A stretch of DNA of 64,000 nt from an uncultured Acidimicrobiales bacterium (GCA_938021675.1 CALIFY010000041.1:8588-72587), one strand, 5' to 3'; positions 9,901 to 17,787 are shown, counted from the first letter of the stretch. The notes: generated from the letters alone by a model not told the origin. Numbers and translations are program-made.

Positions 9901-10329
9901 GCAAAGGCGGTGGTCACCCAGAAAGGTCTGTATCGGGGGGTGCAGTTGAACTCGCTGGACCTGATCGAACTCGATGACGGAAGCCACGTACTCCGCGGCG
10001 AGGTGCGAAACGATGGCGTTGTCGAGGCCGTGATCCCGATGGCCTTGATCAGCTTTCTCGATGAGTCCGGAGAGGTTGGATGGGTCGAGCGGGTATACCT
10101 CGATACGGCGATCCGGTCGCAACGGGCCAGCGACTTTCGCTACGAGTTACCTTCGCTCGATGACATCGATCCCGTCGACATAGACATCTCGGTCTTCGCC
10201 AACGGCAGTGATCGGCAGCGTGTCACCAGCGACCGCTCGACGGGCGATATCGCCGCCCCGACCGACTCGCCGTTCGCTTCGATCGGCATCGACCTCGTGA
10301 CGATGGTTCCGCCAGGAACACCGGGATGA
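6934..10329 (+). CDS. Very large polytopic membrane protein, GT-C-like/YfhO- or PTPS-related-like N-terminal half plus about 430-aa extracytoplasmic C-terminal domain
   Basis: The track ORF starts at 6739 but overlaps the divergent kinase gene. In-frame GTG 6934 (or TTG 6925) precedes the first helix (RLWWALALVVLFHGGLLLAG). The first-loop motif YDAYVHIFLGDHYARGWFSTWDQRWYTGF and more than 12 helices resemble GT-C type glycosyl/arabinosyl transferases. A further anchor (MVALTAVIGLLPISGLVGG) precedes a soluble domain. The functional call is tentative. Confidence 0.5.
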   Translation: MSTPPPDAAVSVPPAGLPVASRSSAAPADGPIEADPTKTGRIPVRLWWALALVVLFHGGLLLAGTFRGTYDAYVHIFLGDHYARGWFSTWDQRWYTGFTTVSYPPGTHMSIAALSGVTGSLETAFVIVQLASLLLLTVGVYRFSRLWVDDDVAANASLLLVVSSAIAQTVHLYGQLPTTFALAFLLNALPSIRKWVFEGRYVDLFVGTIVLAACTAGHHVTTLFGSVFFLGPVLVAGLLSQSRVARDGEIEAFDPAIERQTIGPLVARRLRRVWPAVIRGGILGPCILAALVVVVLPYWIWSGSDPITQIPIPHGSRANFLADLNIGLIFFFIPWGLMLPVLPYALIRAVVDRMWPLAASILLLFVLGSGGTTPLPKILLRAAFDILTLDRFTFWATIQILPLAGLFVKSLEDGSIAGWFRRTGGPVLLRTAQVGFIGSMLALCLFSASLARFRPFQPDSIDPDPIVAFMEKDQHERWRFLTLGFGDQMAWLSAQTTATQVDGNYHSVRRLPELTSTSVERLEGAKYRGISGLGSLQQFLEVPEKYHLKYVFSNDAFYDPLLHFLGWQELGPLENGIVVWEKGDIAPLPSVLPTREVPSWQRFMWGTVPPTMIVSALILLTWSAIGRPGLRTPVRPPHTAILIGPAAWIDRRLQRRASLLSPAGGRRTASAGTERWGVVVLGRVRRRLHRRVGPRRRLGRMVALTAVIGLLPISGLVGGSTSADPTDVVESYYDHLDFRRWEAAYDLLDPITRPNYELWRLQISVEGGLVASYAKLDSFTARRLNDGAPHNGIPTDADVDDVGRNRQGDRSTVRVDVRYLTALDWYSVQRDHEIVERDGSWFLVADEPDLTVPPDQLVRRPTVDYLIQGRRRVTSLTSELTDIQDRPELAIDGAKLVERRGLPVVVGEVANVDVDPADITLTAVLRNDDEEVVARYNATDHLMRTLNPGESSPFRIEFEEVAAGTNLDFNPLDFSPIELDDEIVSVELYAKAVVTQKGLYRGVQLNSLDLIELDDGSHVLRGEVRNDGVVEAVIPMALISFLDESGEVGWVERVYLDTAIRSQRASDFRYELPSLDDIDPVDIDISVFANGSDRQRVTSDRSTGDIAAPTDSPFASIGIDLVTMVPPGTPG

Positions 10330-11567
10330 CATCCCGCAACCGCATCAAACTGGGAAACGTTGCGGTCGCCGGATTGAGTCTGGCCACCCTCGTCGCCGTG
10401 GGGGTGTGGCTCGACAGGTCCGTTTACTCCGATGAGCCAGTCGCTCCTCCCGTCGTCATCGAGGGGACGCTCACGGTCGACGCCCCGAGCTCGGCGGTTG
10501 CGGGCGAACCCTTTCTGGTTTCCCTTTCCGGAGAGTACGAGGGCGAAATCGCTTCGCTGGTGATCGACGGAGGGTACGGGCAACGAAACCTCAGCGCGAT
10601 CATGACCGATGGCGTCGCCACCTTCGAGGTCCCGCCTTGGCCTCACCCCGAGTCTGGTTTGGTGCTTCTTGAGGCATCCGTTGGCCTGGCCCAAACCACC
10701 GCCACGATGGAGATCGCCCCCGGCCCGGCTACCGACCCGCTCGATATTTACCTGGGGCCTCGAACCGTCGTCGCCGATGCCAACGACTTCTCGATGGCGG
10801 TCGCTATTCCCAAGGATCGGTACGGAAATCCAGTATCGGAAGGAACGCCAGTCGATTTCTCGGTCAATCGGTCCTCGGGCACGTCGGCAACACAAGCGGC
10901 GCCAACCAGCGGTCTGCTGGCCTCGGTCGAGATCTGGTCACGGACCCGTGCGGGGCGAACTCGAGTCGGCGCCAGCGTTGGGGCCGCGAAGGGACCGGAA
11001 CGTTCCTTTCTCGAAGTCGCTGGGGTTCCCGTCGCCTTCGATCTGGGGTCGACCGATCCCGCCCCCACCGCCGACGGCTCTACGTTGTTTGAGGTATGGA
11101 CCGACGTCCTGCACGACGAGTTTGGCAATGTCGTTCCCGACGGCACGGTCGCCTACCTACGAGCGGCGGGGTCGACGAGCAATCGGCGGCTCCGGGGGAC
11201 TTCGATCGACGGCGTGGTGACCTTTGTCGTCGAAGCACCGGCCGAACCAGGTCCGGCGACGTTCGTTGCCAGCGCGAGCGGTGTGGCCAGTGAATCGTTG
11301 ACCATCGACTTCTCCGCCGCCGTCGCCCGGGCTCCGGTCACCGTCTCGGACCACGACGATGGCGTACACGTCGAAATCGGACGGGTCGTCGGCACAACCG
11401 GCAGCTACGTGCCGGACGGGACAGTCGCCTTGATCAACGTCGAAGACACGGTCTACTCGGTGGAGCTCGAACTCGGCCGAGGGTCGGTTGTCGTACCGCC
11501 GTTTGACGGAACCCCCTCGGTCTCTATTCTCGGTGTCGGTGCCACGTCGATCGAGGATGCCAGATGA
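10326..11567 (+). CDS. Membrane-anchored/secreted protein with repeated bacterial Ig-like (Big_1/invasin-like) domains
   Basis: 413 aa. N-terminal anchor is VAVAGLSLATLVAVGVWL. Recurrent motifs include KDRYGNPVSEGTPVDFSV, HDEFGNVVPDGTVAYL and GSYVPDGTVALINV. ATGA overlap with the upstream gene. Confidence 0.6.
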   Translation: MTSRNRIKLGNVAVAGLSLATLVAVGVWLDRSVYSDEPVAPPVVIEGTLTVDAPSSAVAGEPFLVSLSGEYEGEIASLVIDGGYGQRNLSAIMTDGVATFEVPPWPHPESGLVLLEASVGLAQTTATMEIAPGPATDPLDIYLGPRTVVADANDFSMAVAIPKDRYGNPVSEGTPVDFSVNRSSGTSATQAAPTSGLLASVEIWSRTRAGRTRVGASVGAAKGPERSFLEVAGVPVAFDLGSTDPAPTADGSTLFEVWTDVLHDEFGNVVPDGTVAYLRAAGSTSNRRLRGTSIDGVVTFVVEAPAEPGPATFVASASGVASESLTIDFSAAVARAPVTVSDHDDGVHVEIGRVVGTTGSYVPDGTVALINVEDTVYSVELELGRGSVVVPPFDGTPSVSILGVGATSIEDAR

Positions 11568-12319
11568 CACCCAACGGTCGGTCTCTGCTTCGTCGGCTGA
11601 GGCCCACTCCGTCGGGGCGTGCCGATTCCCGGGCGGCGAGATCCGACGAACCGATCCTCACCGCTATCGGCGGGCGGCAGCGAAAGAAGCTACTGGTCAG
11701 GCTCGGCCTTGCCGGGATCGTTGGGTCGGTTGCCTTGTTCGTTGTCGTCACGTCGGCGGGAATCATGGCTTCGATCACCCAAGCCGAGGAAACGTCGGAG
11801 ATCTTTACCGAAGCGGCTGAGCTGCCGCCCGATCTCATCGACGCCGTCACCTGGCACCCCGATGGTGAAGACCTCCCGAGAGAAATGGAGCCGCTAACCC
11901 GAGAAGCCGTCACCGCGGCCTGGCTTCGTGGCTGGGAACAGCTCCGTATCGTGGCAGAGACCGGTGATACCTCAGGGGTTGAGGTCAACTTCTCCAACTC
12001 GGCTCGACGTGGTGTCCTCGAACAGGCCGACAATTGGAACGGGAGATCCGTGCAACAACTTGGCCATGACCTGGCCCTCACCTTCTACTCCGAAGACGGC
12101 CAGGTCGTCGGGCTTCGGGCGGTCGAAAGTCGATTGAAGAGGACCAAGCATGTCGGCGAGGTCAAGCTTGGGCGGGAAACCGAAGAAAGATACGACGCTG
12201 TTCTCATTCTCGAAGATGGGAATTGGCGAATCCAGCATTGGGTCCGGCGCTCGTTCGCCGGCGAACCATGGGTGGTCGAAACGCTCGACCCCGGTCGGGT
12301 CGCCCCGGTCGACCACTAG
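11564..12319 (+). CDS. Membrane-anchored hypothetical protein (possible NTF2/SnoaL-like extracytoplasmic domain)
   Basis: 251 aa. Arg-rich N-terminus, one TM (LGLAGIVGSVALFVVVTSAGIMA), and a C-terminal region ...YDAVLILEDGNWRIQHWV. ATGA overlap with the upstream gene. Confidence 0.5.
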   Translation: MTPNGRSLLRRLRPTPSGRADSRAARSDEPILTAIGGRQRKKLLVRLGLAGIVGSVALFVVVTSAGIMASITQAEETSEIFTEAAELPPDLIDAVTWHPDGEDLPREMEPLTREAVTAAWLRGWEQLRIVAETGDTSGVEVNFSNSARRGVLEQADNWNGRSVQQLGHDLALTFYSEDGQVVGLRAVESRLKRTKHVGEVKLGRETEERYDAVLILEDGNWRIQHWVRRSFAGEPWVVETLDPGRVAPVDH

Positions 12320-12434
12320 CGACCGGGCCGTTGTCACTACCCTTCCCTGCTCGGCCTGCCCACTCGGCTCCTAACTCGACAAGAGTGGACGAAGCACGAC
12401 TCCAGTATCGAGCACGGACGCCGATATACCGCAG

Positions 12435-13811
12435 ATGAACACCGTCGCCGAACTTATTCCTGCCCATCGGTTTGGTTCGCTTCTGGCCGAGACGAGAACC
12501 AAAAACGGTCTCGATCTCGCCGACGTTGCGTCTCAGACCGACGGCCGGTTCAGCGTCGAACATCTGGCCGATCTTGAACGAGGCAACGACCTGCTATCGG
12601 AATCGGATGTCGCGTTGTTGGCGTCGTTCTACGGCCTCCGAACCGATCACGTGCTCCCTCAACGGGCGAAGCTATGTCTCGACCTCGACGCCCGGATCAT
12701 GCGGGTTGGAACCGAGATCGTCCAACTGGGCGAGACAGCCGAACACGACATCCTTCAGCGGTACTTGTCGATCGTCTACATGTTGCGCGGCATACAAGCC
12801 GGTGCTGAGGTACCGCTTCGGAACGATGATCTAGCAATTCTCAGCGCGTCGCTTCATGAGCGAATCGAGTTGATCGAGGAACAGCTGCTGGCCATGATGG
12901 TCGGCGGCGACCCTGCGCTCGTCGGTCTCGTCGAACGCCTCGGCGCCAAACTCTGGGTTCCCGGCGCAGGAATCTTGGTAGGGGCAGTGGGCCTTGGGGC
13001 CCTGGTGTTCGCCACCGGAGCTGAGGCCAAGGTCGCCGACAACACGAGTATCGACGCGGGTGTTACCGCACCAGCCACCGTGGTGGTGGAGATGCCCGGC
13101 CCCATACGGCTCGCCGACCCGGTAAGCGAACGGCTCAGCGGTGAGGTAGCAAGCCCCACACTCTTTGAGGTGCCGCCGGCGGAGGGCGCGCCGAGCCGGA
13201 CGACCGTGGCACCAACCCCCACCGGCGATTCCTCGACCCCTCCCGTCGCAACACCGTCAACCGACAACCCCATGTCAAGCGAAACGGTCACCGAGCCCCC
13301 ATCGCCGATCGGGGCCGAGCCCGCACCCCAGACACCCGAGCCGGCAGCGGCCGATGTCGTCTCGCTACACGACGCACTTCGGGAACCGACGATGGCTGCC
13401 CTTGGACTCGATGTCGAAAAAGTCTTGCCGGGTTGGACCGTTGAATTCCTACCGGAGCGTCCGGGATTTCGAGGGGTCACGTTTCGCAAGGAGCTTCGAA
13501 TCGAGATGTACGTTCAGGCCGGCGACTCGCCGGAACGTCTGGCTGGAATCCTGGCCCACGAAGTGGGACATGCAATCGACCTCACCTACCTCACGGAACA
13601 GGATCGCCATGCCTGGCTGGCGGCACGAGGCATTACCAATCCATGGTGGCCGGGAGACGCCGCTCCCGACTTCGCCACCGGCGCCGGAGACTTCGCCGAA
13701 GCGTTCGCCGAGCTGACGACCGGAGACCCGAGCGAGTCGGTCGCCGCAGGGGCGTTGACCGAATCACAGATCGAACTCTTGAATCGACTGGTTGGGCCCA
13801 TTATCGGATAA
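12435..13811 (+). CDS. Membrane-spanning protein: N-terminal XRE-type HTH, one TM, Pro/Thr-rich linker, C-terminal HExxH metallopeptidase-like domain
   Basis: 458 aa. HTH-like segment is LLAETRTKNGLDLADVASQTDGRFSVEHLADLERG. TM is LWVPGAGILVGAVGLGALVFA. Linker is TVAPTPTGDSSTPPVATPSTDNP..., and a zinc-binding-type motif reads LAGILAHEVGHAIDL. Confidence 0.6.
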   Translation: MNTVAELIPAHRFGSLLAETRTKNGLDLADVASQTDGRFSVEHLADLERGNDLLSESDVALLASFYGLRTDHVLPQRAKLCLDLDARIMRVGTEIVQLGETAEHDILQRYLSIVYMLRGIQAGAEVPLRNDDLAILSASLHERIELIEEQLLAMMVGGDPALVGLVERLGAKLWVPGAGILVGAVGLGALVFATGAEAKVADNTSIDAGVTAPATVVVEMPGPIRLADPVSERLSGEVASPTLFEVPPAEGAPSRTTVAPTPTGDSSTPPVATPSTDNPMSSETVTEPPSPIGAEPAPQTPEPAAADVVSLHDALREPTMAALGLDVEKVLPGWTVEFLPERPGFRGVTFRKELRIEMYVQAGDSPERLAGILAHEVGHAIDLTYLTEQDRHAWLAARGITNPWWPGDAAPDFATGAGDFAEAFAELTTGDPSESVAAGALTESQIELLNRLVGPIIG

Positions 13812-13892
13812 ACCTCGAAGGCCGAATACTTCTTTGAGCCGGCGGATTCCTCAGACAGAGAGATTCAAATCCCATGCGGGAAGCCCTGTTTG

Positions 13893-13978
13893 TGCCCGGG
13901 GCGGGATTTGAACCCGCACGAACCTTTCGGTCCCGAGGGGTTTAAGCCCTCTGCGTCTACCAGTTCCGCCACCCGGGC
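13893..13978 (-). tRNA. tRNA-Leu (anticodon UAA), class II with long variable arm
   Basis: I folded the cloverleaf by hand. Acceptor GCCCGGG/CCCGGGC. Anticodon stem GAGGG/CCCTC with loop CTTAAAC. Variable arm GGGACCGAAAGGTTC. T-arm GCGGG-TTCAAAT-CCCGC. Discriminator A. CCA is not encoded. Confidence 0.9.
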
Positions 13979-14040
13979 TGGGGTATCAGGTTAGAACGTC
14001 TACCGGCGGTTGGTACGTCTCGGCGATTGAATGCGCCGGT

Positions 14041-15447
14041 TCACAATCGGATCGATGGTGTCCGGTGATACTGGGCCGGTTCTACCCCGAGATGGGAGAG
14101 CACCGCTGGCGCAACATCAAGGGCGTTGATAGGGCCACCAGCGCCGGCATCGAACGTCGACGAATTCGTGACTCCCAGGACGCCTCGGGACACGTGACGG
14201 CCACTGGAATGATCCTCGACCGCCTGGATCTCGACCCCAACCGAGGTGGCCGTTTGAACCTCACCACCCAGCCGGACCGCATCATCTCCGACGACATCTA
14301 GATCGTAGGTCAGGGTGATGACGTCACCAGATCGATCGATGCTGGGTTTGGCCGCTCGGTTCACCCCCGCTCCAACCAAGATCCGGTCGGTCTCTTCGGC
14401 CTTGGACGCCGAGCCGCAGGCCAAAGTCAGTTGCGGGACCATAGCGCCACGAACCACGACAGAAGAATCGATTCCTAGCGCATCGACGAACCGTTGAGGG
14501 TCGACCACTACCGCCTCGTGGGAACGTCCGGCGTCGAGGGCCGGGCTCGGCCCCTGGCCCATCGATGATGCGACAACCAACGTGCGATCGTGTGCCGTGC
14601 ACCAGTCGTCGACCCGACGCAGGAACCGGTCGAGCGAGGCCAGCGCAGCCGGTATCTCCTGGCGATGCCGACGGACCCATCGGTCATCGTAGTGATCGTC
14701 TTCGAAGTCGTTCGGGTAGCGGGCATACCAGTAGCGGTGCATGCTGGCCGCCACATGGTTGGTAAAGAACACTGCAAGATCAGGAGCGTGCCGTTCGAGA
14801 AGATGAACGAACAGGTCACCGAGCAATAGGAACTGGGCCGATCGCAGCCGTTCCGTCGGAATGCGTCTGGACGCCACGCCGGCCACCATCGATGTGAGGT
14901 CGACCATCGTGCGGCCCCGAACCCCCAGTTGCGGCAGCAGCGGCACAAGTTTGGCAATCTGACGGGCCTCGGACCCCAACCGAGTACGTCGGGCGCTTGA
15001 CTTCGTCAACCGAAGGTTGAGCTGCTGAAAGTCGGAAAGCTCAGCTGGCACGGTGTCGGAGTCAGCGCTGAAACAGTCGGGAACTACGAACCGATATCGG
15101 TCCCCAACACACTGGGTTGCCAACGGAGACGAGTGCAACGTGTTGACAAGCCCGACAGTGAGACCAGCGGCCGCCGCTTGTTGCCAATAGAGCGGGAATT
15201 CCACCGGCTTAGGGTCTCCATACCAGTACACGCCATGTTTCTCGTACCCCACCCCGGTGTTCATCGAAGCCCATGACTGCGATGGGTACAACTCTCGGTC
15301 TAGATCGTCACCGACTTCAGTCTCGATCAGGCGACCGTTTGCTAAGAGACTGGCCAGGAATGGCGTCTCACCCGAAGGGGCATTGTCGGCGATAACCCGC
15401 AGCGGCACCTCATTCGCCTCGACCACGACCATCTTGTGACCATCCAT
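14041..15447 (-). CDS. Alkaline-phosphatase-superfamily-like protein (type I phosphodiesterase/nucleotide pyrophosphatase-like), tentative
   Basis: 468 aa. The N-terminal region VVVEANEVP...LYPSQSWASMNTGVGYEKHGV resembles the metal/nucleophile region of the Phosphodiest family, but with substitutions. No TM. Confidence 0.35.
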   Translation of the reverse strand: MDGHKMVVVEANEVPLRVIADNAPSGETPFLASLLANGRLIETEVGDDLDRELYPSQSWASMNTGVGYEKHGVYWYGDPKPVEFPLYWQQAAAAGLTVGLVNTLHSSPLATQCVGDRYRFVVPDCFSADSDTVPAELSDFQQLNLRLTKSSARRTRLGSEARQIAKLVPLLPQLGVRGRTMVDLTSMVAGVASRRIPTERLRSAQFLLLGDLFVHLLERHAPDLAVFFTNHVAASMHRYWYARYPNDFEDDHYDDRWVRRHRQEIPAALASLDRFLRRVDDWCTAHDRTLVVASSMGQGPSPALDAGRSHEAVVVDPQRFVDALGIDSSVVVRGAMVPQLTLACGSASKAEETDRILVGAGVNRAAKPSIDRSGDVITLTYDLDVVGDDAVRLGGEVQTATSVGVEIQAVEDHSSGRHVSRGVLGVTNSSTFDAGAGGPINALDVAPAVLSHLGVEPAQYHRTPSIRL

Positions 15448-15504
15448 TGGAGCACTATCGGTCGCAAGCTACACAAGCTGAACGACACGAGCCGTGGCCG
15501 CCGT

Positions 15505-15975
15505 TTAACGAGATCGAGGTCGTACAGCCGAGTACAGGTCGAGAACCGGGTCGACCGTCAACCGTAGGAAAATGCTGAGGATCCCGAACTGGAGTGCGAT
15601 ACCGATGAACTTGCCCAAGGTGTACAGCGGGCTTGGCTCGGTATCAGCGATAGCGAGGGTCAACTCTCCGCTAGCTTCCGCTTCGAGACCCGGCCCGTAA
15701 CTACAAAAACCTTCGGACCGGTTCAACAGACCGAAACGATTCGACCGCTCCCAGCCCGTCAAGGGCTGTTCTATCGTCTCGCCGTAGGACCGACACTGCT
15801 GTTCGGTAGCGAGATTGTCGAGCGGGCGGACCACCTGGTTGCGCGCCACGAACAGAACAAAGAACGCCAGTAGGGCCAAGACGGCGATGACGATCACCTG
15901 TAGCGGGTCGACGTTGCTGGCCCATCTTTCCAGTGGCTTGTCGGTTTGGGGGCGATCGGTCACGTCGGTGGTCAT
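15505..15975 (-). CDS. Small membrane protein, hypothetical
   Basis: 156 aa with two hydrophobic helices (VIVIAVLALLAFFVLFVA; FIGIALQFGILSIFL). No recognisable family. Confidence 0.45.
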   Translation of the reverse strand: MTTDVTDRPQTDKPLERWASNVDPLQVIVIAVLALLAFFVLFVARNQVVRPLDNLATEQQCRSYGETIEQPLTGWERSNRFGLLNRSEGFCSYGPGLEAEASGELTLAIADTEPSPLYTLGKFIGIALQFGILSIFLRLTVDPVLDLYSAVRPRSR

Positions 15976-16121
15976 TTGGCTCGTTCACGGTTGGACAACA
16001 CCTCCAGTATGCCAAGCGTGACTCGATCCACGGTGGCAGACGACATCGAAGCCGCTCCGACCAAACCACCGGCCCATGCCGAAGCGGACACCGTCGAGTT
16101 CGCGACGCCCCGAGACGCTGG

Positions 16122-16589
16122 TCATGCTGCACGTCGGGTCGACACGGGCCCCGACATGGGCTCATCCAGTGACGCGAGCCACGGGCCCGCCACGGCCCAC
16201 AGACCATCGTGCAAGCTCAACGCGTGGGCCCCGCCGGCTCGATTGGCGGCAACGACACCATCGATCATGTCGGCGACGACGGCCGCCGCTGGCCTACCCC
16301 GCACCGCCACTGAGACTGTGGCCGAACCGTCAGCCCTGTGACGAATCGACCGTTGCAAACCCGCCGACCGAGGTGGACTCCGAAACGACGGCGCCGAGAA
16401 CCCCAACTCTGTAGTTGAGCAGCCGAGCTGGCGGGCCACCTGTGCGAACGACACCGACGTCAGTTCGAGCCCGACCCGTCCGTTTCGGCCAACGTCCACT
16501 GCTGAATGACCGGAACGAGCGGGCGCCGAGTTCGCCGATCGGTTTCGTTCCTCCCTATCGGTTCGCCGTTGCTGTAGCCGCTGCTCCAC
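16122..16589 (-). CDS. Hypothetical protein with possible HTH segment
   Basis: 155-aa ORF. It contains VSFAQVARQLGCSTTELG and VAVRGRPAAAVVADMIDGVVAANRAGG. Its composition is more protein-like than the antisense +ORF 15946..16341 (Ala/Thr/Pro-rich). Both frames have G/C-rich third positions, so the strand choice is not secure. Confidence 0.35.
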   Translation of the reverse strand: MEQRLQQRRTDREERNRSANSAPARSGHSAVDVGRNGRVGLELTSVSFAQVARQLGCSTTELGFSAPSFRSPPRSAGLQRSIRHRADGSATVSVAVRGRPAAAVVADMIDGVVAANRAGGAHALSLHDGLWAVAGPWLASLDEPMSGPVSTRRAA

Positions 16590-16730
16590 GACTCAAACTA
16601 TGGCAGCGGTCTGTGACACCCCACGAGCGATCGCCAGACGGTCGACGAAACCGTCACAACGATCGGGCAAACTGGAACCATGGACAAGAACGCAGTACCG
16701 CGCACACACCAGCGCACGCCGCACTGCGAC

Positions 16731-16814
16731 AAAGTGGCGCACATGACACCGCGACACCAAAGTGGCGCACATGACATCACGACACCAAAGTGGCGCACAT
16801 GACATCACGACACA
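16731..16814. repeat. Three head-to-tail 28-bp direct repeats (AAAGTGGCGCACATGACAYCRCGACACM)
   Basis: Units lie at 16731-16758, 16759-16786 and 16787-16814. Units 2 and 3 differ only at the last base, and unit 1 differs from unit 2 at 2 positions. The tract ends 28 bp before ATG 16843, within a 253-bp divergent intergenic region. Confidence 0.9.
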
Positions 16815-16842
16815 CCAATTTCGAGCACACAGCGGGTGATGT

Positions 16843-17787
16843 ATGGGCGACGACCTTCTAACCGCCGAGGGCCTCAACCCCGCTCAGCAGCAGGTACTCG
16901 ACGAGCTCGGTTCACTCGACCGGCCCGTATTTCGATCTGAGCTCGGCGTCGACCTGCAACACAATCTCGATGAAGCCCTCGCTCCGATGATGGCCGAAGC
17001 GCCCGAACCGCTCTTCATATCGAAACGGCAGCTCGGCATGCTCCACGGTTGTGAAGCGCGTTTCGTCGCCGACCGTTCCGAGCCGTTCACCTGGTCGATT
17101 CCGTCAGCCCGTGGCACGGTGGCCCACAAGGCCATCGAACTCAGTGTGGCCTATCGGGGTAACCCGACACCTCTCGATCTCGTTGAAAACGCGCTCGCTC
17201 GAATCGAAGCCGACGAGCGCAGTCTCAGTACGTTCATTCGACAACTCGACGAGGCCGAGCGGGCTGAGCTCACAGGCCGCTCCAACGACTTCGTGACCAA
17301 CTTCACCGAGACCTTCCCGCCGCTCAACCGCCGATGGCGACCGGTCGCAGAGTCCAGCATCAAGGCATTGTTGTGCGGCGACGCGCTGACCCTCCAAGGC
17401 AAGGTCGACCTAAGCCTGGGGTACGCCCGGGGCACCGAGGCTGGCAAGGTCCTCATCGATCTCAAGACAGGTCACCCAAAGACAGCCGACGTCGAAGATC
17501 TCCGTTTCTATGCGCTTCTCGAAACGCTCAAAGTCGGCGTCCCGCCGCGACTACTCGTCAACTACTACCTCGAAGCCGGCGCCCCTCGCCAGGAAGCGGT
17601 CACCGAGGACCTCCTTTGGTCATCGGCCAAGCGCGTCGTCGACGGTGTGGCCAAACTGATCGCCTTGAACGAGCCGAACCCGGCAACACCGAACCGTACC
17701 GCAGGCCCGAACTGCCGCTGGTGCCCTATCAACACCGAATGCCCGGAAGGTATCGAACAGCTAAACGCCACATACGACGCCAACTGA
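16843..17787 (+). CDS. PD-(D/E)XK nuclease, Cas4/AddB-like with Fe-S cysteine pattern (RecB-family exonuclease)
   Basis: 314 aa. Core motifs are GKVDLS...VLIDLKTG and LRFYALLE (QhxxY-like). One N-terminal Cys (LHGCEARF) plus C-terminal CRWCPINTEC (C-x2-C-x5-C) gives the 1+3 Cys arrangement of Cas4/AddB iron-sulfur nucleases. Confidence 0.7.
   Translation: MGDDLLTAEGLNPAQQQVLDELGSLDRPVFRSELGVDLQHNLDEALAPMMAEAPEPLFISKRQLGMLHGCEARFVADRSEPFTWSIPSARGTVAHKAIELSVAYRGNPTPLDLVENALARIEADERSLSTFIRQLDEAERAELTGRSNDFVTNFTETFPPLNRRWRPVAESSIKALLCGDALTLQGKVDLSLGYARGTEAGKVLIDLKTGHPKTADVEDLRFYALLETLKVGVPPRLLVNYYLEAGAPRQEAVTEDLLWSSAKRVVDGVAKLIALNEPNPATPNRTAGPNCRWCPINTECPEGIEQLNATYDAN

Noticed and set aside
13861-13892. 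TTCAAATCCC string just beyond the 3' end of tRNA-Leu as a second tRNA or att-site remnant
   Set aside because: It matches the T-loop of the neighbouring tRNA over only 10 nt, in the opposite orientation. No acceptor or anticodon stems can be drawn, and no integrase or duplicated tRNA 3' end is nearby.
16731-16814. 28-bp repeats as a mini-CRISPR array
   Set aside because: The units are directly abutting with no unique spacers, there are only three copies, and no cas genes are present. They are treated as a tandem repeat or operator candidate instead.
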